Below are positions 52,246-64,000 of a DNA stretch of 64,000 bases, one piece after another. The notes under the pieces are model-generated. The model made no database searches. It saw only the letters and a list, made by a program, of their open reading frames with translations, and was not told where the DNA came from. Both the position numbers and the translations under genes were made by a program. Origin of the DNA: Octopus vulgaris (lineage: Eukaryota); NCBI GenBank assembly GCA_951406725.2, contig OX597821.1:35092001-35156000 (forward strand), given 5' to 3'. Position 1 is the first letter of the stretch, and each line of letters begins with the position of its first letter.

Positions 52246-52247
52246 AT

Positions 52248-52640
52248 CAGTAGCGCCCGGCGTTGCTCGGGTTTGTAAGGGAAATAACTATATAAGCATT
52301 TTAGAGAGTTATAGCCAAAAAATAGCAAAGAAATGCATTAAAAATGGAAAAAAATGATGGTAAATTTTTTAAAAAATCGTTGACTCATCATAGACATTTT
52401 TAGAGAGTTACTTCCCTTATATAATAGCGAAAAAATGCATTAAAATGGAAAAAAATGATGGTAAATTTTTTTTTAAATCGTAGACTCATCGTAGACGCGC
52501 GCTAATACCCAGAAGGGCTCGATATGAATCACGACTATAAGATACCCGGTTCTGGTTAAACTGCACCGCAAAATGTGGGAGTAGTTAGGAATCTAAATCG
52601 TAGGAGACAGACACACATCTTGACTTATATATATATATAT
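52248..52640 (-). mobile_element. non-autonomous Helitron-like element
   Basis: 3' hairpin cccgagcaacgccggg (52256-52271) near the end, ctatatatata 5' start, internal ~105-bp tandem duplication; terminal CTAG not intact. Confidence 0.65.
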
Positions 52641-52845
52641 AGTCAATCCAAACATGAACAAGCCAAGGAAAACAACAACGTGAGGACGTGGAATAAGTAG
52701 TGTTATTGGACGCTTAGGAAAGGAAAGTAAAGAAAAGAGAGAGAATTTCACGTTTCGAGCGGAGCTCTTCATCAGAAATATAGAAAAAGTCCAAAGAAGG
52801 GAAGACGGAGAAAGAAAGTCGCCAACGATACACCACGCGGTCATA
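52641..52845 (-). mobile_element. hammerhead-bearing element, copy 3
   Basis: attt-CTGATGA-agagctccgctc-GAAACGTG-aaat at 52745-52779. Confidence 0.78.
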
Positions 52846-52846
52846 T

Positions 52847-52923
<77 letters not shown>

Positions 52924-52937
52924 GCATACAGATATAC

Positions 52938-52996
<59 letters not shown>

Positions 52997-53995
52997 AACA
53001 CACATAGTCACGGACACACATATATACTTATATACACATATGTAAGTACGTAGTAGATACTATTATATGACAGAACACTCTGACACTAGACTCTGATGTA
53101 CCCTAAAGAACTGAGTTTTCATCGTTGAATCAAAGATAATAACCTGTCAAAAGCGCTGGGACGAAGATGGTAAGCAAGCTGTCCCAAAACAGCAAACTCA
53201 AAAAGGACCTCCCCCCTCATTTTGAAACCAACCTAGGAACTTACTGATAAATATGAGCAATTCAAGACTGGTGATGTATTCGGATGGACTAGACTCTTTT
53301 AGCCATTCGATCATTAAAAATCCCTATTTATATTTTTATAATCAAATAATATTAGGAATTGTATAAACAAATTATTAAAATGTTAACTGCATCGTAGAAG
53401 TACAACCAGTTTATTGCAGATGGATGTCAACTAGAAAATCTGATACGGACTCCTAGAGGCCATATCGACTCCGGATGGAAACCATTAGACAAGAGGAAAT
53501 CCGTTATGAAAGTTTTACTCATATTTGAGAAAGGGGAGATTAAACATACTGATCTGAGATGTACCTTATATAATCGGCTCCGTTACAAATCTGGATGTGT
53601 GATATACGTGGATATGTTCTTTTGAAAACAGGGCTTGCTCACGACATGAAGTTATTTATATGCCGCTTGGAATAATTAGAGTGGTCTTAACAGAATTATA
53701 GGTTCCTGAATAAATCAGTAAACTAGGCTCTATAACATTTATTTACTGACAACAAGCAACAGCACATAGATTAGGATCAGGCACATAGACCAATGAGGGG
53801 CTCGGAAAAACTGCCCAGTGTGCGCAAGCTTAAGACGGCACACATATATCCTACGTATATATTCAAAATATACACCCTGAACCGTGTGCCATAAAGTAAA
53901 CAAACCCGGACTTTGAGAATACAAGTGAGCATTACTGTCATCCCACGGTCGTGCCTTCTCATACCTGTCATATAACAGTAATATACTTGATATAA

Positions 53996-54112
<117 letters not shown>

Positions 54113-54434
54113 AGACTCCGCCGGTTACGACGACGAGGGTCCCAGCTGATACGATCAACGGAACAGCTTGCTCGTGAAATTAACGTGCAAATGGCTGAGC
54201 ATTCCACAGACACGTGTACCCGTAACGTAGTTCTCGGGGATAATCAGCGTGACACAGAGAGTGACAAGGCTGACCCTTTGAAATACAAGTACAACTCATT
54301 TTTGCCAGCTGAGTGGACTGGAGCAACGTGAAATAAAGTGTCTTGCTCAAGGACACAACGCGTCGCCGGGAATCGAACTCACAATCTTACGATCATGAGC
54401 CGAATGCCCTAACCACTAAGCCACGCGCCCTCAC
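54113..54434 (-). mobile_element. tRNA-derived SINE family D (CORE-like), inside (TA)n
   Basis: gtgagggcgcgtggcttagtggttagggc...gagttcgattccc...tgtgtccttgagcaagacacttt. Confidence 0.85.
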
Positions 54435-55115
<681 letters not shown>

Positions 55116-55374
55116 GAATTAATTAATAAGGGTGAGAGAATTAGATACTAATTTAATAGTATATTTATTCCACACCAAGTGGCCTAGTGCTACGAGAAAC
55201 CTGGATTATTTTTGTTATTTTTTATTTGCCCTGTCCGTGTGAGCTAACAGTCGTACTGGCTTTCATGGGAAACATGTATTTTTCGTGGTTGAAACCTTTT
55301 GGATTAACTGGTGCTAGGGTGATCAATATAGTGACCACTCTCTTATATTTATTTTATATATATATATATATATA

Positions 55375-55423
<49 letters not shown>

Positions 55424-55538
55424 ATATATATATATATATATGATATATATGATTGATTGATTGATTGATTCTAGTTTCAGCTTATGAGCTGTGGCCATGC
55501 TGGGGCACCGCCATTTGGTGTTGCTACTTGGTTTCACT

Positions 55539-58535
55539 TCATGGAGGCTTTCTAGCAACTGCTATTTGGTGCATGAGAGAGTTCGATGCAGCTGCCCTCA
55601 TCTGCCCCTCCTGCCGTGAAGTTGGTTCATCTGGGACACCTGACAGGAAGAGATCCAGCTTCATTTTAAAGACATTTGTATCCACCCCATGCAGGTCTCT
55701 CAGGTTCTTCGGGAGGATATTGAAGAGCTGTGGGCCTCGGAAGCCCAGGCTATCACAGAATCTTGTCCTACATCTTGATGGCAGGTTTGGAGTCCTAGGC
55801 ACCACGCAGTGGTGCCCAGTTCTGGCATTTGCGTAACTCTCGATGCCAAAGTTCAGGACACTTCCCTCCAGGATCTTCCAGATGTATATTATGGCATATC
55901 TTTCCCGCCTACGCTCCAGGGAATATAATTTTAATCTCTTGAGTCTTTCCCAGTAGCTTACATTCTGCATAGAGGCTATCTTCTTTGTGTAGCTTCGTTG
56001 GATCGCCTCAAGTTCTGTGATCAACTTGACACTGGATGGTGACCATAGCTGAGAGCAATAGTCAAAGTGGCTTAGGACAAGTGTCTTCCAGAGGACCATC
56101 ATGGTTTCTTGTTCTCTTGTTCTAAAGGTTCTAAGAATCCATCCAGCCAGCCGTCTACATTTCATTGTCAGTTTAGCAACATGTACATGAAAGGTCGCGT
56201 CATCACTCATGTGAATACCAAGGTCACGCACTGATTGTGCCTCTGGGATTGCAATCCCTCCGGGTCCAGTGTATTCATTGGGTATTGCATTCAGTTTTGC
56301 ATGCTGATAGTATAAAGCTTGAAACTTTCCAGCATTGAACTGCATGCTATTCTTTTCAGCCCACTTGTATATTTCGTCCAGCTCACATTGCAGGTGTTTA
56401 GTGTCCTCAGGGTTCTGTATTGCCTGTGAGACTTTTGTATCATCTGCATAACTTGTGATCGTGGCTCTCTGCGTGGCTGAGGGCATGTCTGAGAGGGCCA
56501 TTATGAACAGTAGTGGTCCCAGAACAGTGCCCTGCGGAACACCGCTCACTATTTGTGTGTTAATGGAGGTGGCCCCATTGGCTACTACCACCTGACTTCT
56601 ATCCTTCAGAAAGTCATGAAGCCATTCTCCCAGTTTTCCAACTATGTTGAGATCACGCAGTTTGTGACATATCATTCCATGATCGACTTTATCAAAGGCC
56701 TTTGCAAAGTCGAGATATATCACTTCCACATTTGAGTGGTTGAGCAGCCGTTTCAGCACCCAGTCATAGTGTTGTAGGAGCTGAGTTAAACAGCTTCTCC
56801 CTGGTCGGAAACCATGTTGGGTGTCGGGCAGCAGGTCATTCTCTTCAAGGAAGGTGATCAGCTTCCTTCTGACTATTCGTTCCATGACCTTGCTGATGTG
56901 TGAGGTCAGAGAGATAGGTCTATAGTTCTTGGCTTCCGCTCTGCTACCTCCTTTATGAATGGGGCATATTTTACCTTCCTTCAGTTTTCCTGGAAGTTTG
57001 CCAGCTGCAAGGAAGCTCTGAAAGAGGAACTGCAGTGGTCTTGCTAGGACTCTCTTACATGCTTTTAGGAGGATTGCCGGGAATCCATCGGGGCCAGTAG
57101 CTGAGTCTGTTTTCATTTCATCTATAGCCTTGGTTACATCGTCTTCCTTTATATCGATGTAATCTATCGTCGCCGCCTCTGATTTTATATCTGCAGTGGT
57201 AAAAAAGTCAGTTGGATTGGTGATTTGGAGATGCCCAAGGGGTGGAGTGAAAACACTCTTGAATTGCTCATTCAGTATTTCACTTACCCTCATTGGTTTT
57301 CCTGTAAGTGTGCCATCCTTTTCAAGGAGTGGCCCTATTCTACAGTGCACTGTAGCTGTTTCTTTGGCATACCTGTAGAAAGCTCTGGGGTTAGATTTTA
57401 TGTTTTCTATAGCCCAGGCTTCTTTGTCTGCTCTTTCTTTTTCATGGGAGAGTTGCAGACATTTTTCGATTTCCAACAGTTTTATTTTTAGGCGGGACTT
57501 TTCACTGCTTTCAATCTGTTTGTTTAGGCGATTTGAAAATTTCGTACGCCGTCTCATTAAAATTTTCCTCTCTCTGGGGATTTTGTTCTTGTGTACAGTG
57601 GCCTTTCTCTCTGGGACACATTTGTAGCATATGGCTTGCATTACAGACATGAATTGTTGAAGTTTCACATCGATGTCTGGCGAGGAGAGACATTCAGGCC
57701 AGTTTTGTTTGAGGATCTCTTTCTCAATTTGTTTCCAGTTTGCCTTATGGTAGTTCAAGCTGGAAAGATTTTGAGGGTTTCTTGTAGGCTGCATGTCCGT
57801 GCTCTCTTTTGGCCCGTACATGGTCAGCTCTATCATGTTGTGATCCGAGAGTAGTGTCGGTGTCACTTTCACATTATGGATGAGATCCATGTCATTTGTG
57901 AAGCAGAGATCCAGTGTGTTACCTGCCCTGGTTGGTTGGAGTATTACCTGCTCCATGTACAGGGTGTTGATGAGGTTCAGGAGGGACCTCGCCTGTCCTC
58001 GTTCACATCTTGTCATTCCTGGGAGAGAAAGGCCCTCGGGCCATCTGACATTGGGCAGATTGAAGTCTCCCATAAGAAGCACACCTATGTGTTGTTCTAA
58101 TGTGGTTAGAATTTCTTCTATTTTTATAAGGCAGTCTTCGAACTTGCCCACATGGCTTGGGGCATCTGGAGGGCGATATGTAGCACACACAACTACATCA
58201 AGTTGCCTAATATGTACAATTAGTGTGTCACACACCGAGTTTGAGTATGACAAGAGGACCTGGGGTGTGAGGTCCTCACGGATGTACATAGCAACACCTC
58301 CATGACTCCTTTCTTTCCTGTCGGTCCGTAGTACAGCATACTGTGGTATGTGTAACTCCGCATCTGCTATGTCCGGTTTCAGGTGCGTTTCTGTAAGTGC
58401 TATGCATAAGGCTTGATTGCATGCAACAAAGTCTCTCAGGAACGGGATCTTTGTCCTGTTACTGAGTGTTTGCAGTCCTCTGATGTTCAGTAGGAGTATC
58501 GAGGTGAGGTGTACGTTGTTGCCGGCGGTGTCCAT
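55539..58535 (-). CDS. LINE ORF2: apurinic-like endonuclease plus reverse transcriptase, 998 aa from first ATG
   Basis: APE motifs NIRGL, LTETHL, YRPP, GDFN, NTLDL, SDH; RT motifs GPDG, NYRPISL, QHGFR, LDFAKAFDKV, GVPQGTVLGPLLF, YADD; C-terminal YWERLKRLKLYSLERRR. The track start at 58643 is a GTG. Confidence 0.97.
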   Translation of the reverse strand: MDTAGNNVHLTSILLLNIRGLQTLSNRTKIPFLRDFVACNQALCIALTETHLKPDIADAELHIPQYAVLRTDRKERSHGGVAMYIREDLTPQVLLSYSNSVCDTLIVHIRQLDVVVCATYRPPDAPSHVGKFEDCLIKIEEILTTLEQHIGVLLMGDFNLPNVRWPEGLSLPGMTRCERGQARSLLNLINTLYMEQVILQPTRAGNTLDLCFTNDMDLIHNVKVTPTLLSDHNMIELTMYGPKESTDMQPTRNPQNLSSLNYHKANWKQIEKEILKQNWPECLSSPDIDVKLQQFMSVMQAICYKCVPERKATVHKNKIPRERKILMRRRTKFSNRLNKQIESSEKSRLKIKLLEIEKCLQLSHEKERADKEAWAIENIKSNPRAFYRYAKETATVHCRIGPLLEKDGTLTGKPMRVSEILNEQFKSVFTPPLGHLQITNPTDFFTTADIKSEAATIDYIDIKEDDVTKAIDEMKTDSATGPDGFPAILLKACKRVLARPLQFLFQSFLAAGKLPGKLKEGKICPIHKGGSRAEAKNYRPISLTSHISKVMERIVRRKLITFLEENDLLPDTQHGFRPGRSCLTQLLQHYDWVLKRLLNHSNVEVIYLDFAKAFDKVDHGMICHKLRDLNIVGKLGEWLHDFLKDRSQVVVANGATSINTQIVSGVPQGTVLGPLLFIMALSDMPSATQRATITSYADDTKVSQAIQNPEDTKHLQCELDEIYKWAEKNSMQFNAGKFQALYYQHAKLNAIPNEYTGPGGIAIPEAQSVRDLGIHMSDDATFHVHVAKLTMKCRRLAGWILRTFRTREQETMMVLWKTLVLSHFDYCSQLWSPSSVKLITELEAIQRSYTKKIASMQNVSYWERLKRLKLYSLERRRERYAIIYIWKILEGSVLNFGIESYANARTGHHCVVPRTPNLPSRCRTRFCDSLGFRGPQLFNILPKNLRDLHGVDTNVFKMKLDLFLSGVPDEPTSRQEGQMRAAASNSLMHQIAVARKPP

Positions 58536-59380
58536 CCTGTGTCTGTTTGCTGTGGTGGTCTGGTATATAGTGGGTAGTCCCACCTGCGGGCTTGGGTTTG
58601 ATGAAGCCAGGTCAGCTGCTGTACAATCTTTTGTGCCATGCACAAAAAAGATTGTTGCTCAGCAGCTGCTCTTTCGACAACATCATGTTGGCTGTTTGTG
58701 GCGCGCACAACATCTGCGTACCTCCGCTTTGGGGCAGGTGGTGCGTAGTCCATCCCTTTTCTTTGTGTTGATGGTTTGTCCATCTGCCTCGTGTCTCTGT
58801 GCCAGGGTCCCCGATGTGCAAAGCGGCAGCCTGCACCTTCCTTTCCGTGCCAGCAGGAACCTCTCAGGTAGAACATACACACCCGTGTGCGCTGTTTGGT
58901 TCCATCCTTTGCGGTTCCACTTCTACTCCTGGTTGTTTCACTCTTTGGTCCTGCTTGAGCTTTTTCTTTTCCTTTAGCTCTTCCAGTCCTTCTTTTAGTT
59001 CTTCTTCCTCCCTCTACCTCTTCACCGGGTTCTCCGTCTCCATGGCCCTTGCTGCCGGTTGGAGAACTTGCACCTGGGTTCACTTCCCGGGCAGGTTTCT
59101 CATTCAAAACCTCCTCCTGGGCGTCCACCAGGTGGGGGTGACTTCTTTCATCGTCTCCATTCTTGCCATCTTTGCCCCGCTCGTTCTCAAAGATGGCATC
59201 AAGTGCGCCAATGTGCGACCGTACAAGCGCATATGAGCGCACGAATTCCTGTCTCTTTCGCTCCATCTGAGCCGCTGTCCTCTTGTAGCCTCTGCTCTTC
59301 AGCGCAGCCGCAATCACCTCGCTAGGGCTATCTCCGCCGGCGCACTCCCATGCTCGTACGAATAAATCCAGCTCGTCACG
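58487..59380 (-). CDS. LINE ORF1 (5'-incomplete): Myb/SANT-like segment, basic linker, CCCH zinc finger
   Basis: Frame is open up to the element end at 59380 (RDELDLFVRAWECAGGDSPSEVIAAAL...); C-x7-C-x8-C-x3-H at 58814-58879. Confidence 0.85.
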   Translation of the reverse strand, partial: RDELDLFVRAWECAGGDSPSEVIAAALKSRGYKRTAAQMERKRQEFVRSYALVRSHIGALDAIFENERGKDGKNGDDERSHPHLVDAQEEVLNEKPAREVNPGASSPTGSKGHGDGEPGEEVEGGRRTKRRTGRAKGKEKAQAGPKSETTRSRSGTAKDGTKQRTRVCMFYLRGSCWHGKEGAGCRFAHRGPWHRDTRQMDKPSTQRKGMDYAPPAPKRRYADVVRATNSQHDVVERAAAEQQSFLCMAQKIVQQLTWLHQTQARRWDYPLYTRPPQQTDTGWTPPATTYTSPRYSY

Positions 59381-59382
59381 TC

Positions 59383-60265
<883 letters not shown>

Positions 60266-60344
60266 ACACAGACACACGCAAACACACACACACACGCATA
60301 TGTATATACATGTGTGTGTGTGTATCTACATACACGCGCAAGCA

Positions 60345-60500
60345 TAGAGTGTTGCACGTTCGTGGTTTCGATTCCTGGTGGCTATGTGAAGCTTTTGGGA
60401 GACTATGGTCAAATCCTAGCTTGAGAGGGTTATTGCGACCATATGTGTCGCAGGAAAATTCTGCTCTTGGCCATACCCACGAAAAGAACTAACTGCTCTG
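60345..60500 (+). mobile_element. SINE family E, partial
   Basis: gtggtttcgattcctggtggctatgtg...tcaaatcctagcttgagagggttattgc; homologous to 61250-61453 on the minus strand. Confidence 0.7.
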
Positions 60501-60830
60501 CCTGCAACACCCCAAGGACACAGTGATGTATGTATGTATGTATGTATGTATGTATGTATGTATGTATGTATGTATGTATGTATGTATGTATGCATGTATG
60601 TATGTATGTATGTATGTATATATATATATATCGATTTATTTCCAAGATTAAAACAAAAGATTATTTAATATGAGACAAAAGTTGAAAAAAAAATGGTGAT
60701 TTTTTTAACTCACAGAATTCAATTATTAAACATTCATAATTGGAATGAATAAATAAAACTGAATATGAAGTATTTATGGAATTTTTTGATTTAGTGTCGG
60801 GGGACTTTTGGCCAACCTTATATTTATTGC

Positions 60831-61131
60831 GTGGAGGCACATGGCCTAGTGGTTAGAGCAGCGGACTCGCGGTCGAGGAATCGCGGATTCGAATCTCAGA
60901 CCGGGCGATGTGTTTGTTTATGAGCGAAACTTCTAAGCTCCACGCGGCTCCAGCAGAAGGTAATGGTGAACTTCTGCTGACTCTTTCGCCACAACTTTCT
61001 CTCACTCTTTCCTCCTGCATCTTGCAGCTCACCTGCGATGGACCGGCGTCTCGTCCAGGTGGGAATCCTATACACAAAGAAAACCAGAAACCGGCCCTAT
61101 GAGCCAGGCTTGGCTCGAGAAGGAACAAACA
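60831..61131 (+). mobile_element. SINE family A variant with a different tail
   Basis: Family A head and middle to ctttctctcactcttt, then cctcctgcatcttgcagctcacc...gagccaggcttggctcgagaaggaacaaac. Confidence 0.8.
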
Positions 61132-61249
61132 TTTTTATTGCACGCATAGCAGTTGGTGTCATTCTTAACTGCGTCACACATAGTAATCCATGGCATTACA
61201 ATCAGGGAAATTAGGAAAGGAGAAATTGGGGCTGTGTGAAGGAGTAGAA

Positions 61250-61453
61250 ATTCTCCGACAATCACTTCTGGCTCTTTCCGGTGGAATGGCCAAGAGCGGA
61301 ATCCTCCTGTGACACAAATAGTCTTCCGGCAATAACCCTCACAAGCTAGGATTTGATCATAGCCCTCAACAGCTACACATAGCCACCAAGAATCGAAACC
61401 ACAATCGTGCGATCGTGTGTGCAGTACTCTAACCAAAGGTCACATGCCTTCAC
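61250..61453 (-). mobile_element. SINE family E with tRNA-like head
   Basis: gtgaaggcatgtgacctttggttagagtactgcac...gtggtttcgattc. Confidence 0.7.
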
Positions 61454-61499
61454 ATCCATCCATCCATCCATCCATCCATCCATCCATCCATCCATCCAT

Positions 61500-61535
<36 letters not shown>

Positions 61536-61608
61536 CCATCCATCCATCCATCCATCCATCCATCCATCCATCCATCCATCTATCCATCCATCCATCCATC
61601 CATCCATC
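61452..61608. repeat. (CATC)n microsatellite
   Basis: Direct reading. Confidence 0.95.
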
Positions 61609-62029
61609 TCCAAATTAGGAATTTGCGTTCAAACCAATAATAATTGGTGTACTTGGTTTTGTGGTCAAATGCCCGACAGTCTGGATAAGCTTGAATTTTC
61701 GGAAAAAGAAACCAACCAACTAACTCGCACATTACAAATACAATCTGTAAGCGGAACAGTAAATATATGCAAGACTTTTCTCAAGTTTAAATTGTGAAAT
61801 TGTTTTTGATATCTATATTCCAGCGATGGAGCTTCATATCTTTGTTAGATTGTAACTCTTTCCTCAGAGGACGAATTTAAATGATTAATTATAGAAGAGA
61901 CATACATACATGCATGCATGCATACACATACGTTTGGTTCTACAAGCGGAAGAAAAGTACGCAACACCTAAATCGTCCAAAGCTGATGATTCACTCGTTC
62001 TTAATTCAAATTCCCAGATATTTTTATAT

Positions 62030-62265
62030 TCATTTAAAGAAATGCATCTGTTTTCTGTTTAGCTCAGATGAAACAAAACATTTCTTTCTTTGAAATTCCA
62101 GCAATATTTCAGGGAGAATCTTGTTCACATAATCTTGAACAAAAGGATTGTTACACAGATATGCAGACGTGTTGAAGAGAGGAGGGGAAGAATATCTACG
62201 TGGAATGAGTATAGCTTGATGTTTTGTGAAGTCTTTAGAGTATATTCTGTTACATTCCTGGAAGT
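62030..62265 (-). CDS. candidate terminal host exon, product unknown
   Basis: Branch/acceptor-like ttctgacttctcag, then a non-repetitive open frame FQECNRIYSKDF...NNPFVQDYVNKILPEILLEFQRKKC...*; no family recognised. Confidence 0.25.
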
Positions 62266-62329
62266 CTGAGAAGTCAGAATTATTTATCAGAAACATATTG
62301 AGTAAACCTCGCGGAAACATCTTGCTGGC

Positions 62330-62330
62330 G

Positions 62331-62414
<84 letters not shown>

Positions 62415-62489
62415 TTACTGCTTTTACCGCTGCTGCCATTAGTACCACCGCTGCTGCTGCTACCACTACCACTACTAATAATGTGTATG

Positions 62490-62582
<93 letters not shown>

Positions 62583-62650
62583 GTGCCGCTATTGCTACTG
62601 CTGCTGTTGCCACTGCTGCTACTGCTGCTGTTGCCGCTGCTGCTTCTGCT
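62330..62650. repeat. compound (CTA)n/(CTG)n trinucleotide array
   Basis: Direct reading. Confidence 0.95.
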
Positions 62651-62989
62651 CTTGTTATGAAGGAGTTGACATAGGCTTCATGTTGGCGATCGAGCTGATA
62701 GAAATAAGAGTCATTTTCCCCTAAAATCAAAAGACAGGATGGTCTCAGCTAGAATGACTTTGACCATTGGTCTGCTTGTTCGAGGAAGACTTGAAGAAAA
62801 GCAACAAAAACAACAGCAACAACTTGTCGACGAGATAACGGATTACGTGGATACTAGGCTCATGTGAACTGTCTTAAAAAAGGAACACATCGCACATTGT
62901 TGTCAAAGACAATCGTGATCAAACGCCTGTTCTATCAGTACTGATCGGCTACTTAACATCTGTTTCGATATTAGTCTGTATGTATTTAA

Positions 62990-63185
62990 TTCAAATTTTG
63001 ACACAAGGCCAACAATTTCGGGGGAAGAGGTAAGTCGATTACATTGCCCCCAGGGCTCAGCTGATTTTATCGACCTCGAGCTGATGAAAGGCAAAGTTGA
63101 TTCCGGTGGCATTTGAACTCAGAACGTGAAAACGGACCAAATAACGCTTGGTATTTTGCCCGGCGTTGTATCGATTCGGCCGCCT
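62990..63185 (-). mobile_element. SINE family B, alternative tail, degenerate
   Basis: gatgaaaggcaaagttgattccggtggcatttgaactcagaacg. Confidence 0.7.
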
Positions 63186-63559
63186 AGATCCTTTTTAGTC
63201 TGTATATATTACTCAATCATTGCAGCTACTTTTATATAAGAAATCATTATAGGAAAGCTAAGAAAACGATAATGGTTAGCATTCAGTGGAAATGGAAGTA
63301 CGCTTATTGACCAAGTTATCCAGGAAAAGATTATGGCATTAAATGTAGAAGTTTTTTCTCATCTCACTTACTATCCTGAACTTGCTCGGTCTGACCTCGC
63401 CGAGGTCAAATTTGTGTTTCATCCCTCTGGGGTCAATCAGATTACTGAATATCTCGGCGGGCTTTGATCGTAGTCCATAAAAAATCACCATGATGTATTG
63501 TGTTCGAGGCTTTAATGACTCTTACACTCGCACCACTAAAAATTCAGCTAAAAATATTA

Positions 63560-63772
63560 GTTTCAAATGTTGGCACAAGACCAGCAATTTCGGGGATGGA
63601 GTTAAGTCGATTATATCAACCCCATTGCTCAACTGGTACCTATTTTACGGGCCCCAAAAGGATGAAAGTCAATATCGATCTCGGTAGAATTAGAACTCAG
63701 AACGTAAAGACGGCGAAACGCCGCTGAGCGTTTTGCCCGTTGCGCTAATGATTTCACTAGGTCACCGTCTTA
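63560..63772 (-). mobile_element. SINE family B, alternative tail, degenerate
   Basis: ttggcacaagaccagcaatttcgggg...gaactcagaacgtaaagacgg. Confidence 0.7.
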
Positions 63773-64000
63773 TGCAGCTAGAAATATTAAGTGAGGGATT
63801 CGTTGATTAAATTGACCCTAGTACTAAATTGTATGGGCCTGCGAAAGGTGAAAGGCAAAATTGCTCTCAGGGAGAGTTGAATTCAAAACATAGAGTTGTA
63901 AAACAATACCTCATGTCATATTGTCCAACACTCAGATAATGGTTTTCTGTAACATAAAAGGGAATCCTTTTCAGGAGAGTTTAATAGGCTAAAATTGAAC

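Larger units (their letters stand above)
55451..59380 (-). mobile_element. young CR1-group LINE, slightly 5'-truncated, with (TCAA)n tail, inserted in (TA)n
   Basis: Two overlapping uninterrupted ORFs, short 3' UTR, (GATT)n at 55451-55470 on +. Confidence 0.95.

Noticed and set aside
58641-58643. ORF2 start at 58643 (1034 aa) and ORF1 start at 59317 as given in the track
   Set aside because: Both are GTG codons. The first ATG of ORF2 is at 58535, and ORF1 stays open to the truncated 5' end.
55465-59325. Plus-strand ORFs overlapping the LINE
   Set aside because: Antisense shadows of a GC-richer coding region with no recognisable motifs.
62226-62730. Poly-Leu, poly-Val and poly-Thr ORFs
   Set aside because: Compound CTA/CTG microsatellite with no coding context.

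Overview
AT-rich, microsatellite-dense eukaryotic DNA that is almost entirely intronic or intergenic. The repeat repertoire (tRNA-headed SINEs with CORE- and Meta-like middles, RTE, CR1-group, Tx1 and Penelope-like retroelements, DD37D and mariner transposons) resembles an octopus/cephalopod genome; this is inferred from recalled repeat families, not from a search. The only intact long coding sequence is a young CR1-group LINE on the minus strand (about 55451-59380) embedded in giant (TA)n arrays. Its ORF2 (APE + RT, 998 aa from the first ATG) is uninterrupted, and its ORF1 is unusual in combining a Myb/SANT-like N-terminus with a CCCH zinc finger. The 3' end of this LINE matches the tail of a SINE family in the same window, with a covarying stem-loop. 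The window also holds eight minimal hammerhead-ribozyme motifs in Penelope-type repeats, including a back-to-back pair in a perfect 130-bp palindrome and one downstream of a tRNA-like pol III promoter. There is a MITE family with 8-bp TSDs that carries telomeric TAACCC repeats, several fold-back inverted duplications at (TA)n tracts, and many nested SINEs with readable TSDs. No host gene could be identified with confidence; two weak exon candidates are listed. No rRNA, genuine tRNA or CRISPR array was seen. All coordinates were counted by eye, and the ends of degenerate repeats are approximate.
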